Assembly (NCBI GenBank): GCA_903900775.1
Contig: CAIUOD010000038.1
Coordinates: forward strand, 1 to 49,948
Direction of reading: 5' to 3'
DNA from: Candidatus Adlerbacteria bacterium
GTDB lineage: Bacteria; Patescibacteriota; Minisyncoccia; Phycocordibacterales; SBAW01
Length of the DNA: 49,948 bases
The translations under genes and the position numbers were made by a program. The notes below the pieces were generated by a model. The model saw nothing but the letters and a program-made list of their open reading frames with translations. It was not told the DNA's origin and did not search any database. Of the stretch, positions 9,055-17,551 are shown in pieces (position 1 is the first letter of the stretch; the number at the start of each line of letters is the position of its first letter).

Positions 9055-9486
9055 TTAAAAAACCTTCAATGAGATTTTTGTATCAGAAAAATCGTTAAAG
9101 GTTATTTGGTACATTGTGATGATGTTATCTTCTGGGCCGTTCTTTATTCTTCGAACGGCTTTTGAAGGGAATAAACAATGATTGCCTTTAATGTTTACCA
9201 CCCAATCGCCAGCAGTTACCCCTTCTTTTGGGACAGTCCATTCCCCAAAACCAAGTTGCCTTATCAAAGTTTCTCCAACGTAGCACCCATAGCCAGTACC
9301 AATGAGATTTGCCATTTGATCAGTCAGGGCACCGGCTTTGAATTTTTCATGATATGCGGCAAGTACTTTCTCCACCCCTTCGATACTTTCGTGTGAATAA
9401 TCCAAAGTTATGCCAAAAGACTTTGCATCCTCAACAGCGCCTTGTACAAGCTTTTCTATATCTTGGAGCGTGTCGTGATTTTCCAT
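9055..9486 (-). CDS. hypothetical protein (143 aa) in a low-GC patch
   Basis: Clean ORF between yebC and ruvB on the same strand. Two hand-counted 60-nt stretches gave about 28% and 40% GC, and neighbouring genes look clearly more GC-rich. I could not assign a family with confidence. Confidence 0.55.
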   Translation of the reverse strand: MENHDTLQDIEKLVQGAVEDAKSFGITLDYSHESIEGVEKVLAAYHEKFKAGALTDQMANLIGTGYGCYVGETLIRQLGFGEWTVPKEGVTAGDWVVNIKGNHCLFPSKAVRRIKNGPEDNIITMYQITFNDFSDTKISLKVF

Positions 9487-9493
9487 ATTTTTA

Positions 9494-10528
9494 TTATAGC
9501 AACTTTCCAGTTAAGTCTTCAGGTGGCTCTTTGCCGACGTGCTCGTAGGCCGCGCGGGTGGCGACACGGCCGCGCGGGGTGCGTTCGATGAGGCCAAGTT
9601 GGAGGAGAAAAGGTTCATGGACTTCAGAAAGCGTCGCCGGCTCTTCCGAGAGTGCTGCGGCGAGCGCCGAGACCCCGGCCGGGCCGCCGTTAAAACGCTC
9701 GATAAGTGCCAAAAGTAATTTCCTATCGAGTGGCGTCAAACCCAGTTCATCCACCTCGAGCATGCCGAGCGCGGCCGAAACGGAATCTTTTGAAAGAGGA
9801 GCGCGTTTGAGCTGTGCCCAGTCGCGTGCGCGTTTGAGTAGATAGTTGGCGGTGCGTGGTGTCGAGCGGCTGCGCTTGGCAATCTCATTGATGGCATCGG
9901 GCGATATTTCAACCCCAAGGATACCGGCAGAGCGTTTAACAATGCGCGCGATATCGTCATGCGAATAAAACTCAAGGCGGAAGGTCCCGCCCGAGAAGCG
10001 CGAACGCAGGGGCGCCGAGAGATCGGCCACGCGCGTGGTGGCGGCCACCAAGGTGAAGGGCGGTAGGGGCAGGTCGAGCGTGCGGGCCGAGGGGCCTTTG
10101 CCGATGATGATGTTGAGCACCCCGGACTCCATCGCAGGGTAGAGGACTTCTTCAATGGCGCGCGAGAGGCGATGGATCTCGTCGATAAAAAGGATGTCGC
10201 CCGGCCCCAGGTTGGTGAGGAGTGCTGCCAGATCGCCCACACGCTCGAGAGCCGGCCCCGAGGTGGCTCGGAGTGCCCCGCCCAGCTCGTGGGCGATAAG
10301 GTGCGCCAGCGTGGTCTTGCCGAGCCCCGGGGGCCCATAAAAAAGGACGTGCTCGGGTGGAGTGCCGCGCTCCTTGGCGGCCGTGATGAGAATGTGGAGG
10401 TTGTTTTTTATAGCTTCCTGGCCGACATATTCGTCCCAGGAGGAGGGCCGGAGCGTTTGATCAAGAAAGACCGGCGCCTCAAGGGCTTCTTCGGAAGGTC
10501 CTTTCATTTCTTTTGGGGCGCTTGACAT
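9494..10528 (-). CDS. ruvB: Holliday junction branch migration ATPase RuvB
   Basis: GPPGLGKTTLA Walker A, ILFIDEIHRL Walker B, and a C-terminal winged helix (..RTPRGRVAT..). Confidence 0.95.
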   Translation of the reverse strand: MSSAPKEMKGPSEEALEAPVFLDQTLRPSSWDEYVGQEAIKNNLHILITAAKERGTPPEHVLFYGPPGLGKTTLAHLIAHELGGALRATSGPALERVGDLAALLTNLGPGDILFIDEIHRLSRAIEEVLYPAMESGVLNIIIGKGPSARTLDLPLPPFTLVAATTRVADLSAPLRSRFSGGTFRLEFYSHDDIARIVKRSAGILGVEISPDAINEIAKRSRSTPRTANYLLKRARDWAQLKRAPLSKDSVSAALGMLEVDELGLTPLDRKLLLALIERFNGGPAGVSALAAALSEEPATLSEVHEPFLLQLGLIERTPRGRVATRAAYEHVGKEPPEDLTGKLL

Positions 10529-10844
10529 AAAAAATATACCATGCTAGGTTATTAGGAGCGCTCCATCGGGGGCCTTTTTGTTTACTTTGAGTTGGGAAGA
10601 GTATACCTTCAAGCAATACGGCCCGCCCGGGTTCTGGATGCTTACTAAGGACGCGCCGGCCTCATGTTTTATACATCGTTGCGGGCGCTATCCTCAAGTT
10701 TGACATCCGCTTCTTCGCTTGCGAAGTTGGGTATTGCTTGGCGGTATACTCCTTCAAACTTGTTTACTCTGTCGAACTCCTTCAACTCTACACCCGCCGC
10801 TTTTGGGTGCAATGTTGACGAGCACTAACTTTATTGCTCCTCAC
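10529..10844. other. 316-bp non-coding spacer with nested direct and inverted repeats; candidate structured RNA or regulatory region
   Basis: No ORF of 60 aa or more. ttgtttactttg (10578-10589) repeats as ttgtttactctg (10760-10771). gtataccttcaa (10601-10612) repeats as gtatactccttcaa (10744-10757) and ctccttcaa (10777-10785). The inverted pair caagcaatac (10610-10619) / gtattgcttg (10731-10740) encloses about 110 nt of GC-rich hairpin-forming sequence. A perfect palindrome ggagcgctcc lies at 10554-10563. Confidence 0.3.
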
Positions 10845-12551
10845 TCATCCTAAATCAACAACGCGCGAGAGCTCCTCGAGTGAGGTGATGCCTAAGAGGA
10901 CTTTCAGCGCGCCATCCTCCTGCATGGTGGGGAAGCCCTGCGGGCGAGCGGCCGCGAGCACCTCGCGGCCGCTCGGCTTCGTGCGCAGCACCTCTTCTAT
11001 TTTTGCATCCATAAAAATACATTCAAAGATACCCACGCGGCCCCGGTAGCCGCGGCCGTGGCACTCGGGGCAGCCTTCGGGCTTGGCGTCGTACACGGTG
11101 AATTCTTTTTGATTTACATTCGCGCTTGCGGGCACCAGCGATCGATCAACGATTGAGGCGAGATGTCGCCCTACTATTTCTTGCTCGGGTGCGCTCGCGG
11201 GTCGCGAAGTGCGGCATGCGGGGCAGAGTTTGCGCACGAGGCGCTGTGCCATCGCGGCGTTAATGGCCGAGCTCAAGACTTTTTCGCTGACGCCCAGGTC
11301 GATAAGCCGAGGGAAGGAGCCCGCGGCGTCGTTGGTGTGGAGCGTCGAGAAGACGAGGTGCCCGGTGAGCGCGGCGTTAATGGCCGTCTCGGCCACCTCG
11401 CCGTCTCTAATCTCGCCAACCATGATGACGTCGGGGTCTTGTCGGAGCGCCTCGCGCAGGGCGAGCGCAAAGGTGTAATTCTTTTTATCCACTTGCGTTT
11501 GCACAATACCCTGGAGGTGATACTCGACCGGGTCTTCAATCGTGATTATTTTTGTCCCCGGCACATTCACCTTGCGCAAGAAGGCATAGAGCGTCGTGGT
11601 TTTGCCGGCGCCGGTCGGGCCGGTAGTCAGCACCATGCCGTTGGGTTTTGCAATTTCTTTCTCGATACGTTCGCGTAGCTTGGGCGCGATACCGAGCTCG
11701 TCGAACTGCACTGCGATTGAGGCTGGGTTGAGCAAGCGCATCACCATGGTCTCGGCGTAATTGTCGGGCAGGATCGAGGCGCGTATTTCGATTTCTTCGC
11801 CGCGCACTTTGATGCTGAAGCGCCCGTCCTGGGCGAGGTTGGTGATGTTGAGCTTCATTCCTGAGAGGAGTTTGAGTCGCGAAAGCGCGAGCCGATAGGT
11901 CTCTTGGTCGAGGTCGAGCACGTCCACCAGGATGCCGTCGAGCCGGTAGCGCAGGCGCACCGAGGCCTCTTGCGGTTCAAAGTGGATGTCCGAGGCACTC
12001 AAGGCGAGCCCGCCGGCCAGCACTACCTCCAAAATGCGGGTGACGCGGTAGGTGCGCTGCATCGAGACCGCCTCTCCAATCAGTTTTTTAATATCGTCCG
12101 TCGTTTTGATAGCTGCGAGCAACTCTTCGATAGCGGCGGGGGTCAAACTGAAGACGCCCGCGTGGCTCTCGGTCGCGTAGGAAAGGTCGGCGTAGCGAGA
12201 GAAGGCGCGCTTGAGCGACTCCTGCGAAACCATGAAGACGTTCGGTGTGAAGCCGCGCTCAACTAATCCTGCGAGCAGTGCCTTAACTTTAGGGTTCTCT
12301 GGCGCGCGGGCGGCGACACTCAAGCGTTTGCCGACCATACCAAAAACGGCCGCCTCGGTTTCGCGCGCCTCGGCCTCCGGCACGAGGCGCAGCGCGTCGG
12401 TGTTGATAGCCACGAGTGAGAGATCGACATACTCGACGCCATATTTATGCGAGAGCATTTGCGCCAGCGACTCTTCTTCGCGCTTTTTGAGAAAATCGAC
12501 GCGCTTTTCTTGTTCGGCATCGGCAAAGACCACCATTCCTCTATTGTACAC
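10845..12551 (-). CDS. pilB: type IV pilus assembly / type II secretion ATPase (PilB/GspE family)
   Basis: N-terminal GSPII_E_N-like region, Walker A GPTGAGKTTT, Asp/His boxes, and a C-terminal tetracysteine CPACR..CPECHGRGYRGRVGIFE. Confidence 0.9.
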   Translation of the reverse strand: MYNRGMVVFADAEQEKRVDFLKKREEESLAQMLSHKYGVEYVDLSLVAINTDALRLVPEAEARETEAAVFGMVGKRLSVAARAPENPKVKALLAGLVERGFTPNVFMVSQESLKRAFSRYADLSYATESHAGVFSLTPAAIEELLAAIKTTDDIKKLIGEAVSMQRTYRVTRILEVVLAGGLALSASDIHFEPQEASVRLRYRLDGILVDVLDLDQETYRLALSRLKLLSGMKLNITNLAQDGRFSIKVRGEEIEIRASILPDNYAETMVMRLLNPASIAVQFDELGIAPKLRERIEKEIAKPNGMVLTTGPTGAGKTTTLYAFLRKVNVPGTKIITIEDPVEYHLQGIVQTQVDKKNYTFALALREALRQDPDVIMVGEIRDGEVAETAINAALTGHLVFSTLHTNDAAGSFPRLIDLGVSEKVLSSAINAAMAQRLVRKLCPACRTSRPASAPEQEIVGRHLASIVDRSLVPASANVNQKEFTVYDAKPEGCPECHGRGYRGRVGIFECIFMDAKIEEVLRTKPSGREVLAAARPQGFPTMQEDGALKVLLGITSLEELSRVVDLG

Positions 12552-12583
12552 CGCGTTTCGGTATTATTTGTTACACTGCCGGC

Positions 12584-13045
12584 ATGGAGAGAGTTGCGCG
12601 GGCCGATCTTGAAGTGTTTGCGAAGAGGGTGCTCGCGCGCGTCGCGGGAGATTCGCTCAACAAAAAAGATGGCGCAACTATTATCGCGCTCGAGGGTGAT
12701 TTAGGGGCGGGCAAAACAACCTTCACCCAGGCACTCGCGCGAGTGCTCGGTATTGAAGAGGCAGTCCAGAGCCCGACGTATGTGTTGATGCGGAGCTACG
12801 AGCTCAAAAACTGCCCGTTTGCTACACTGGTGCACATCGACGCCTACCGGCTCGAGAGTTCCGATGAGTTTAGAGCACTCCTGCCAAGGCAGGCAGGCAA
12901 ACCGAATTTTTTGCACGATCCTAAGACGCTGGTTCTCGTTGAGTGGCCCGAGCGCCTCGCGGGCGTACTCCCGCCACCCGACCTCACCCTGCGATTTTCT
13001 TCAGAAGGGGCCTCCGCCGCAGAGCGGTATATTGAAGTGATATGA
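12584..13045 (+). CDS. tsaE: tRNA t6A biosynthesis ATPase TsaE
   Basis: GDLGAGKTTFTQ P-loop, SPTY, HIDAYRL. 153 aa. ATGA overlap with polA. Confidence 0.85.
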   Translation: MERVARADLEVFAKRVLARVAGDSLNKKDGATIIALEGDLGAGKTTFTQALARVLGIEEAVQSPTYVLMRSYELKNCPFATLVHIDAYRLESSDEFRALLPRQAGKPNFLHDPKTLVLVEWPERLAGVLPPPDLTLRFSSEGASAAERYIEVI

Positions 13046-15531
13046 AGTCTCAAAAACGCTTAGTTATTCTCGACACCCACGCGATTTTACATCGCGCGTA
13101 TCATGCTCTGCCGGATTTTTCGTCCAGCAAGGGGGAACCCACTGGTGCGCTCTACGGGCTCATCTCGATGCTGGTCCGGATTATCGCGGACTTGAAGCCC
13201 GACTACATTGTGGCGGCCTTTGATTTACCCGGGCCGACCTATCGCCATGTGGCCTACGAAAAGTACAAGGCCCAGCGACCGCAGGCCGAGGACGATCTGG
13301 TTGCGCAGATTAAACGCTCGCGCGATGTGCTCGATGCCTTTGGCATCCCGCGCTACGAATGCCCGGGTTTTGAGGCCGACGACGTGATCGGCACTATTGT
13401 CGAAGAATTGTCAGTTAATAATGCGAAAAAAAATAAAGACAAAAAAGAAACCGAGGGAGTAGATATCGTCATTGCCTCCGGCGACATGGACACGCTCCAG
13501 TTGGTGGATGATAAACGCGTGCAGGTATTTATGCCCAAGAAAGGTCTTTCAGAAACCGTTTTATATGACGAAAAAGGCGTTGAAGAAAAATACGGCTTCG
13601 GGCCGAAACTCGTGCCCGACTACAAAGGCCTGCGCGGCGACCCATCGGACAATATCCCCGGTGTGTTGGGTGTGGGCGACAAAACTGCGACTGTGCTTAT
13701 CGCGACGCTCGGCTCAATAGACGAAATTTATAAAGCGCTCAAAAAAGATCCTAAAAAAGCCGTCGCGGCCGGGGTCAAAGAGGGGATGATTAAAAAGTTG
13801 CTCGAGCAGGAGGAAATGGCACGGTTCTCTAAAATGTTGGCCGAGATTCGTCGTGATGCGCCGATTGATTTTAAACTCCCCGAGAAAGAGTGGCGTGCGG
13901 CTGTCGACCCCGAGCGCGTTCTAGCGATGCTCGCCGAATTCGACTTTCGCTCTCTGATGCCGCGAGTGAAAGATATGCTAAGTGGGGGCTCTGGAAGCGA
14001 CTCCAACGGAAACTCCTCTCAAAAAGTCCTCGGTTCTCCCTCGCCCGCCGTTACGGCGGACTTCGGGCCAGACTTTTCTCAAGAAGTTTCCGTCTCCGCC
14101 GATACGAATCAAAATATTCCCGAGGAAGAACTCGAAAAAGCGCAATTGGCAGTGTGGGTGCTCGATTCGGGTGTTACCAAGCCGACGTTTGAGGATGTGT
14201 GCCGCGTCGGGAAGAGCGATGATTTCAACACCGCATTTAAAAATCTCCTACAAGAAATCAAAGAAAAAGAACTTTCGTTTGTGTACGAAAAAATTGAATT
14301 GCCGCTCGTGCCGGTCTTGCGGCGCATGGAGCGTCGCGGGGTCAAAATAGATAAAGCATTTTTAAAACAACTCTCGGGCGACTATGGCAAAGAGCTCGCG
14401 AACATCGCCGGGCGTATTTATGCCGCCGCTGGCTCGGAGTTTAATATCAGCTCACCTAAACAACTCGGCGTAGTCCTCTTTGACACATTAGGGCTTGCCG
14501 CGAAGAACCAAAAAAAGACGGCCGGTGGCCAGCGCTCCACCCGCGAGTCAGAACTCGAGAAGCTCAAAGACGCGCACCCTATCGTTGCCGATATTTTGGC
14601 CTACCGCGAACTTTCAAAACTTCTTTCAACCTATATCAATGCCATCCCCGAGCTTCTCGATGGAGAAGACCGCCTCCACACGCACTTCATCCAGGCGGGC
14701 ACGACTACGGGGCGCATCGCCTCACAGGATCCGAATCTTCAAAATATTCCCATCAAGACTGATCTCGGCCGCGCCATCCGCCGCGCCTTTGTGGCAAGCC
14801 CTGGTATGCGGCTGGTCTCGTTCGATTACTCGCAGATAGAATTGCGCATCGCGGCGCTCCTCTCGGGAGATGAGGCACTTACCGATATTTTTAAAAATGG
14901 ACGCGATGTCCATCGTGAGGTGGCGGCGCGCGTTTTTCACGTCGGCGTGGAAGAAGTCACTTCGACCCAACGCCGCGCCGCAAAAGTCATCAACTTCGGC
15001 ATTCTCTACGGCATGGGGGTGAACGCTCTGCGTGAAGCTTTAGGCTCGACGCGCGCCGAGGCGCAAGAATTTTATGATCAATACTTCGCGGCCTTTCCGC
15101 GGCTCGCGGAGTATATCGAAGAAGTTAAAGCCGATGCCGCCCGTGAGGGTTTTACCAAGACGCTTTTCGGCCGCCGGCGCTACTTCGAGGGTATTCACTC
15201 AAGCATCCCGTATGTGCGCGCGAGTGCCGAGCGCATGGCCATCAACGCGCCGATGCAGGGCACCCAGGCCGACCTGGTGAAACTCGCGATGATAGAAATT
15301 AATGAGTGGCTCGCGAAAGAAAATCTTCTCGAGGAGGTGCACCTGCTCCTCACGGTGCACGACGAGTTGGTATTTGAGGTCGTAGAAAAAAATATTTCTC
15401 ATTGCGCGCCAATGTTTAAAAAAATAATGGAAAGCATTCTCCCCGAGAAAGAGCGTCACGGCATACCCATCACGGTTGAGGGGAAGTCGGGCCCAAATTG
15501 GGAGGAGATGGAGCCGCTGCCGGCAAACTAA
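13042..15531 (+). CDS. polA: DNA polymerase I (5'-3' exonuclease + polymerase; vestigial 3'-5' exonuclease region)
   Basis: N-terminal FEN-like domain (LILDTHAILHRAYHAL.., GDPSDNIPGV). Pol A motifs DYSQIELR, RRAAKVINFGILYGM and LTVHDELVFE. Confidence 0.95.
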   Translation: MKSQKRLVILDTHAILHRAYHALPDFSSSKGEPTGALYGLISMLVRIIADLKPDYIVAAFDLPGPTYRHVAYEKYKAQRPQAEDDLVAQIKRSRDVLDAFGIPRYECPGFEADDVIGTIVEELSVNNAKKNKDKKETEGVDIVIASGDMDTLQLVDDKRVQVFMPKKGLSETVLYDEKGVEEKYGFGPKLVPDYKGLRGDPSDNIPGVLGVGDKTATVLIATLGSIDEIYKALKKDPKKAVAAGVKEGMIKKLLEQEEMARFSKMLAEIRRDAPIDFKLPEKEWRAAVDPERVLAMLAEFDFRSLMPRVKDMLSGGSGSDSNGNSSQKVLGSPSPAVTADFGPDFSQEVSVSADTNQNIPEEELEKAQLAVWVLDSGVTKPTFEDVCRVGKSDDFNTAFKNLLQEIKEKELSFVYEKIELPLVPVLRRMERRGVKIDKAFLKQLSGDYGKELANIAGRIYAAAGSEFNISSPKQLGVVLFDTLGLAAKNQKKTAGGQRSTRESELEKLKDAHPIVADILAYRELSKLLSTYINAIPELLDGEDRLHTHFIQAGTTTGRIASQDPNLQNIPIKTDLGRAIRRAFVASPGMRLVSFDYSQIELRIAALLSGDEALTDIFKNGRDVHREVAARVFHVGVEEVTSTQRRAAKVINFGILYGMGVNALREALGSTRAEAQEFYDQYFAAFPRLAEYIEEVKADAAREGFTKTLFGRRRYFEGIHSSIPYVRASAERMAINAPMQGTQADLVKLAMIEINEWLAKENLLEEVHLLLTVHDELVFEVVEKNISHCAPMFKKIMESILPEKERHGIPITVEGKSGPNWEEMEPLPAN

Positions 15532-15537
15532 GTAAGT

Positions 15538-16104
15538 ATGTTGAGCGTTATTATCGGCAGTGCAAAAATTTCGGGAGCCGAGGATCTCGCCTGGGACGCA
15601 ATATCGGCCGAGGAACTCGCCGCAATGGCGGGGACGCCCTCGCTCTTGGGGGATGCAAAAAAATATCTCCTGCGCGGGGCGCTCGCAGGGGAGCGTGGAG
15701 GAGATTTTTTAAGTATGGCGAAGGTGCTGGCTATCTCGCCGCACCTGTTTGTTTTTGAAGAAGAAAAATTGCTCAAAGCGCCCACACTCGTGCTCGAGAA
15801 GGCGGGGGCATTGATTGAGGAGCACAAAGTAAAGAGCACAAAAAAAGAATCGGCTGGTGGTTTTGACCCATTCGGTCTTACTGCCGCACTCGCCGCACAC
15901 GATCGCAAGCGATTGTGGCTCTCGCTCACCAAAGCCTTTCGTGCAGGAGAAAAACCCGAAGCTATAGCGGGCCTTTTGGGTTGGAAGGCGCGCCAAATGA
16001 AAAGTGCGGGGCTCTCGCGCGCGCTCGTTTCTCTCTATCACGATTCACATCGCGGCGCGGGCGATCTCGAATTACTACTTGAACGTTTCGCCCTGACGCT
16101 GTAA
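15538..16104 (+). CDS. possible minimal DNA polymerase III delta subunit (HolA-like), 188 aa
   Basis: Weak resemblance to HolA in pattern only: SLLGDAKKYLLRG.., ..FGLTAALAAHDRKRLWLSLTKAFRAGEKPEAIAGLLGWKARQM. It sits directly after polA. It is much shorter than the canonical 320-340 aa. Confidence 0.4.
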   Translation: MLSVIIGSAKISGAEDLAWDAISAEELAAMAGTPSLLGDAKKYLLRGALAGERGGDFLSMAKVLAISPHLFVFEEEKLLKAPTLVLEKAGALIEEHKVKSTKKESAGGFDPFGLTAALAAHDRKRLWLSLTKAFRAGEKPEAIAGLLGWKARQMKSAGLSRALVSLYHDSHRGAGDLELLLERFALTL

Positions 16105-16115
16105 CGTATCCCTAT

Positions 16116-16188
16116 CCGCCCATAGCTCAGTTGGTAGAGCAGCTCCCTTTTAAGGAGACGGTCCCAGGTTCGAGCCCTGGTGGGCGGA
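16116..16188 (+). tRNA. tRNA-Lys (anticodon TTT)
   Basis: Hand-folded cloverleaf: acceptor ccgccca/tgggcgg, D arm gctc-agttggta-gagc, anticodon loop cTTTTaa, T arm ccagg-ttcgagc-cctgg. 73 nt. CCA is not encoded. Confidence 0.9.
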
Positions 16189-16207
16189 CAGATTTTGCAG
16201 GAAACAA

Positions 16208-16426
16208 TTAATCCACCGAGAGCATTTTGGAAGGGGAGTGGTGGCCGTTTATAATGCGCACCTTTTTTAGCGGGACGCCAAAGTGCGCGGCAATAATCTC
16301 CATCACGCGGCGGTTTGCTAAATTTTGCTCGGCTTTTTGCACAATCGAAATAGCAAAGCGATTTTCGGAAAGCATTGCCACTTCTTCCCGCTTGGCTCCC
16401 GCGCGAACGCGGACTTTGATGTACAT
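16208..16426 (-). CDS. DUF167 (YggU) family protein
   Basis: MYIKVRVRAGAKREEV..NRFAISIVQKAEQNLANRRVMEIIAAHFGVPLKKVRIINGHHSPSKMLSV matches the DUF167 pattern. The start was moved to the internal ATG (16424-16426). Confidence 0.7.
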   Translation of the reverse strand: MYIKVRVRAGAKREEVAMLSENRFAISIVQKAEQNLANRRVMEIIAAHFGVPLKKVRIINGHHSPSKMLSVD

Positions 16427-16452
16427 ATTGAAACGATAGCATGCGCCGGGCA

Positions 16453-16496
16453 CTAAAATAAAAAAGACAGAGCCGTCGGGAGTTCCCGACGGCTCT
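16453..16496 (-). terminator. rho-independent terminator after the 111-aa ORF
   Basis: 12-bp stem agagccgtcggg/cccgacggctct with loop agtt. A T-run follows on the minus strand (A-run 16455-16465 on plus). Confidence 0.65.
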
Positions 16497-16512
16497 CGCG
16501 CCCGAACCATCT

Positions 16513-16848
16513 TTAGTGCCCGAATGCGGGGAGCACAGCAGTATCGGCCTTTTTTATATTTCCGTTGGCTGCGCGCTCCTTATCCACCACAACGATGAAT
16601 GTCCGGGTGGCCTCGTCGTACCAGCAGTCGCTAAGATAGTAAGCGATGCTGTTGTTGTTGAGAGCCGCGTCGCCCAAAGCACGGCAGAGCTGCGTCTTGA
16701 TTGATACGCCGGGCTTGGCGGCTTTGAGGCCGTCGGCGTCATTCTCGGTGAGCTCGAGAACAATCCTGCCGTCCTTCCGACCGACTTGATACATCCTATC
16801 GCCCACATCGGGGGCAATAGTGACCGTTTCTTCGTTAAGTTTTGCCAT
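16513..16848 (-). CDS. hypothetical protein (111 aa)
   Basis: ORF with its own terminator. No family recognised. Confidence 0.5.
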   Translation of the reverse strand: MAKLNEETVTIAPDVGDRMYQVGRKDGRIVLELTENDADGLKAAKPGVSIKTQLCRALGDAALNNNSIAYYLSDCWYDEATRTFIVVVDKERAANGNIKKADTAVLPAFGH

Positions 16849-16953
16849 GCCCGCCTCCCTGTTTACGTTATGCGCCCAAGACCGCGCTGGGGTAATTAAT
16901 ACACCAGTTTTAATGAAAAGTCCAGAGTCCGGCTATTTACCCCGGGCTAGTTT

Positions 16954-17358
16954 CTAGAGCGGTAGATCGAAAGCAAAGGCGCCTGCGCCGGTCATGAGGA
17001 GCGCGAGGCATATAAGCGCCACGAGCGCGTAGGTTGAATGGGCTAAAGGCCCGAGCGCGCGCAGGCCACGGCGCATAATAAGAATCTTTAAGCAGATGAT
17101 GAGGCCGAGGAGTGCAGCAATTTGTGTCCAAAAACCAAAGAAGAGCCCCAGCGCGATTACTATTTCTACAAGCAGATAGAGCGGCAAAATAATTTTCACC
17201 ACGCCGCGCGAGAGGATCGGCGTGAGTTCATTCGCCACTTCAGCGCGATGTTTGAGATGGAACCATGAAAGATAAAAGAATATGCACGAGGCGCCGAGTC
17301 GTAGCAGGGTGAATGCCAAGAAATGATAATCGAGCAGTGAAGGGAAGGGGTTAAGCAT
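16954..17358 (-). CDS. DoxX-family membrane protein
   Basis: Four predicted TM segments and a C-terminal ..LLMTGAGAFAFDLPL typical of DoxX. The start was moved to the ATG at 17356-17358, because the longer form overlaps the upstream small ORF. Confidence 0.6.
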   Translation of the reverse strand: MLNPFPSLLDYHFLAFTLLRLGASCIFFYLSWFHLKHRAEVANELTPILSRGVVKIILPLYLLVEIVIALGLFFGFWTQIAALLGLIICLKILIMRRGLRALGPLAHSTYALVALICLALLMTGAGAFAFDLPL

Positions 17359-17365
17359 ATAGTTT

Positions 17366-17542
17366 TTAATTAGTTTGATTATTTTGTGACGAACTTGGCG
17401 AAACAAAGAGCCCTTGTCCGCTCATCCGTGCCTGTTCGGGGCCGCCCCGCACCCACCACAAGGCAAAGAGAACGACGAGGAGCACTACGATAAAAATAAC
17501 CGGCTCCCAAGGATTAGCAGGCGCTGGTTTTGGAGGAGGCAT
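17366..17542 (-). CDS. possible 58-aa single-pass membrane protein
   Basis: Below the ORF-track cut-off. MPPPKPAPANPWEPVIFIVVLLVVLFALWWVRGGPEQARMSGQGLFVSPSSSQNNQTN. It fits exactly between the murE stop and the DoxX start. Confidence 0.35.
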   Translation of the reverse strand: MPPPKPAPANPWEPVIFIVVLLVVLFALWWVRGGPEQARMSGQGLFVSPSSSQNNQTN

Positions 17543-17551
17543 ACTCCTATG

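Noticed and set aside
9736-10525. ORFs 9736-10338 (-), 10155-10340 (+) and 10172-10525 (+)
   Set aside because: They lie entirely inside ruvB in other frames or on the other strand. ruvB is unambiguous.
10578-10788. Short repeats as a possible CRISPR array or DGR template/variable repeat
   Set aside because: There are only 2-3 short, irregularly spaced copies with mixed orientation. No cas genes or reverse transcriptase are in the window.
16038-16442. 134-aa minus-strand ORF, and the longer 100-aa version of the DUF167 gene
   Set aside because: The 134-aa ORF reads through tRNA-Lys. The DUF167 homology starts at the internal MYIKVRV, so the upstream extension is spurious.
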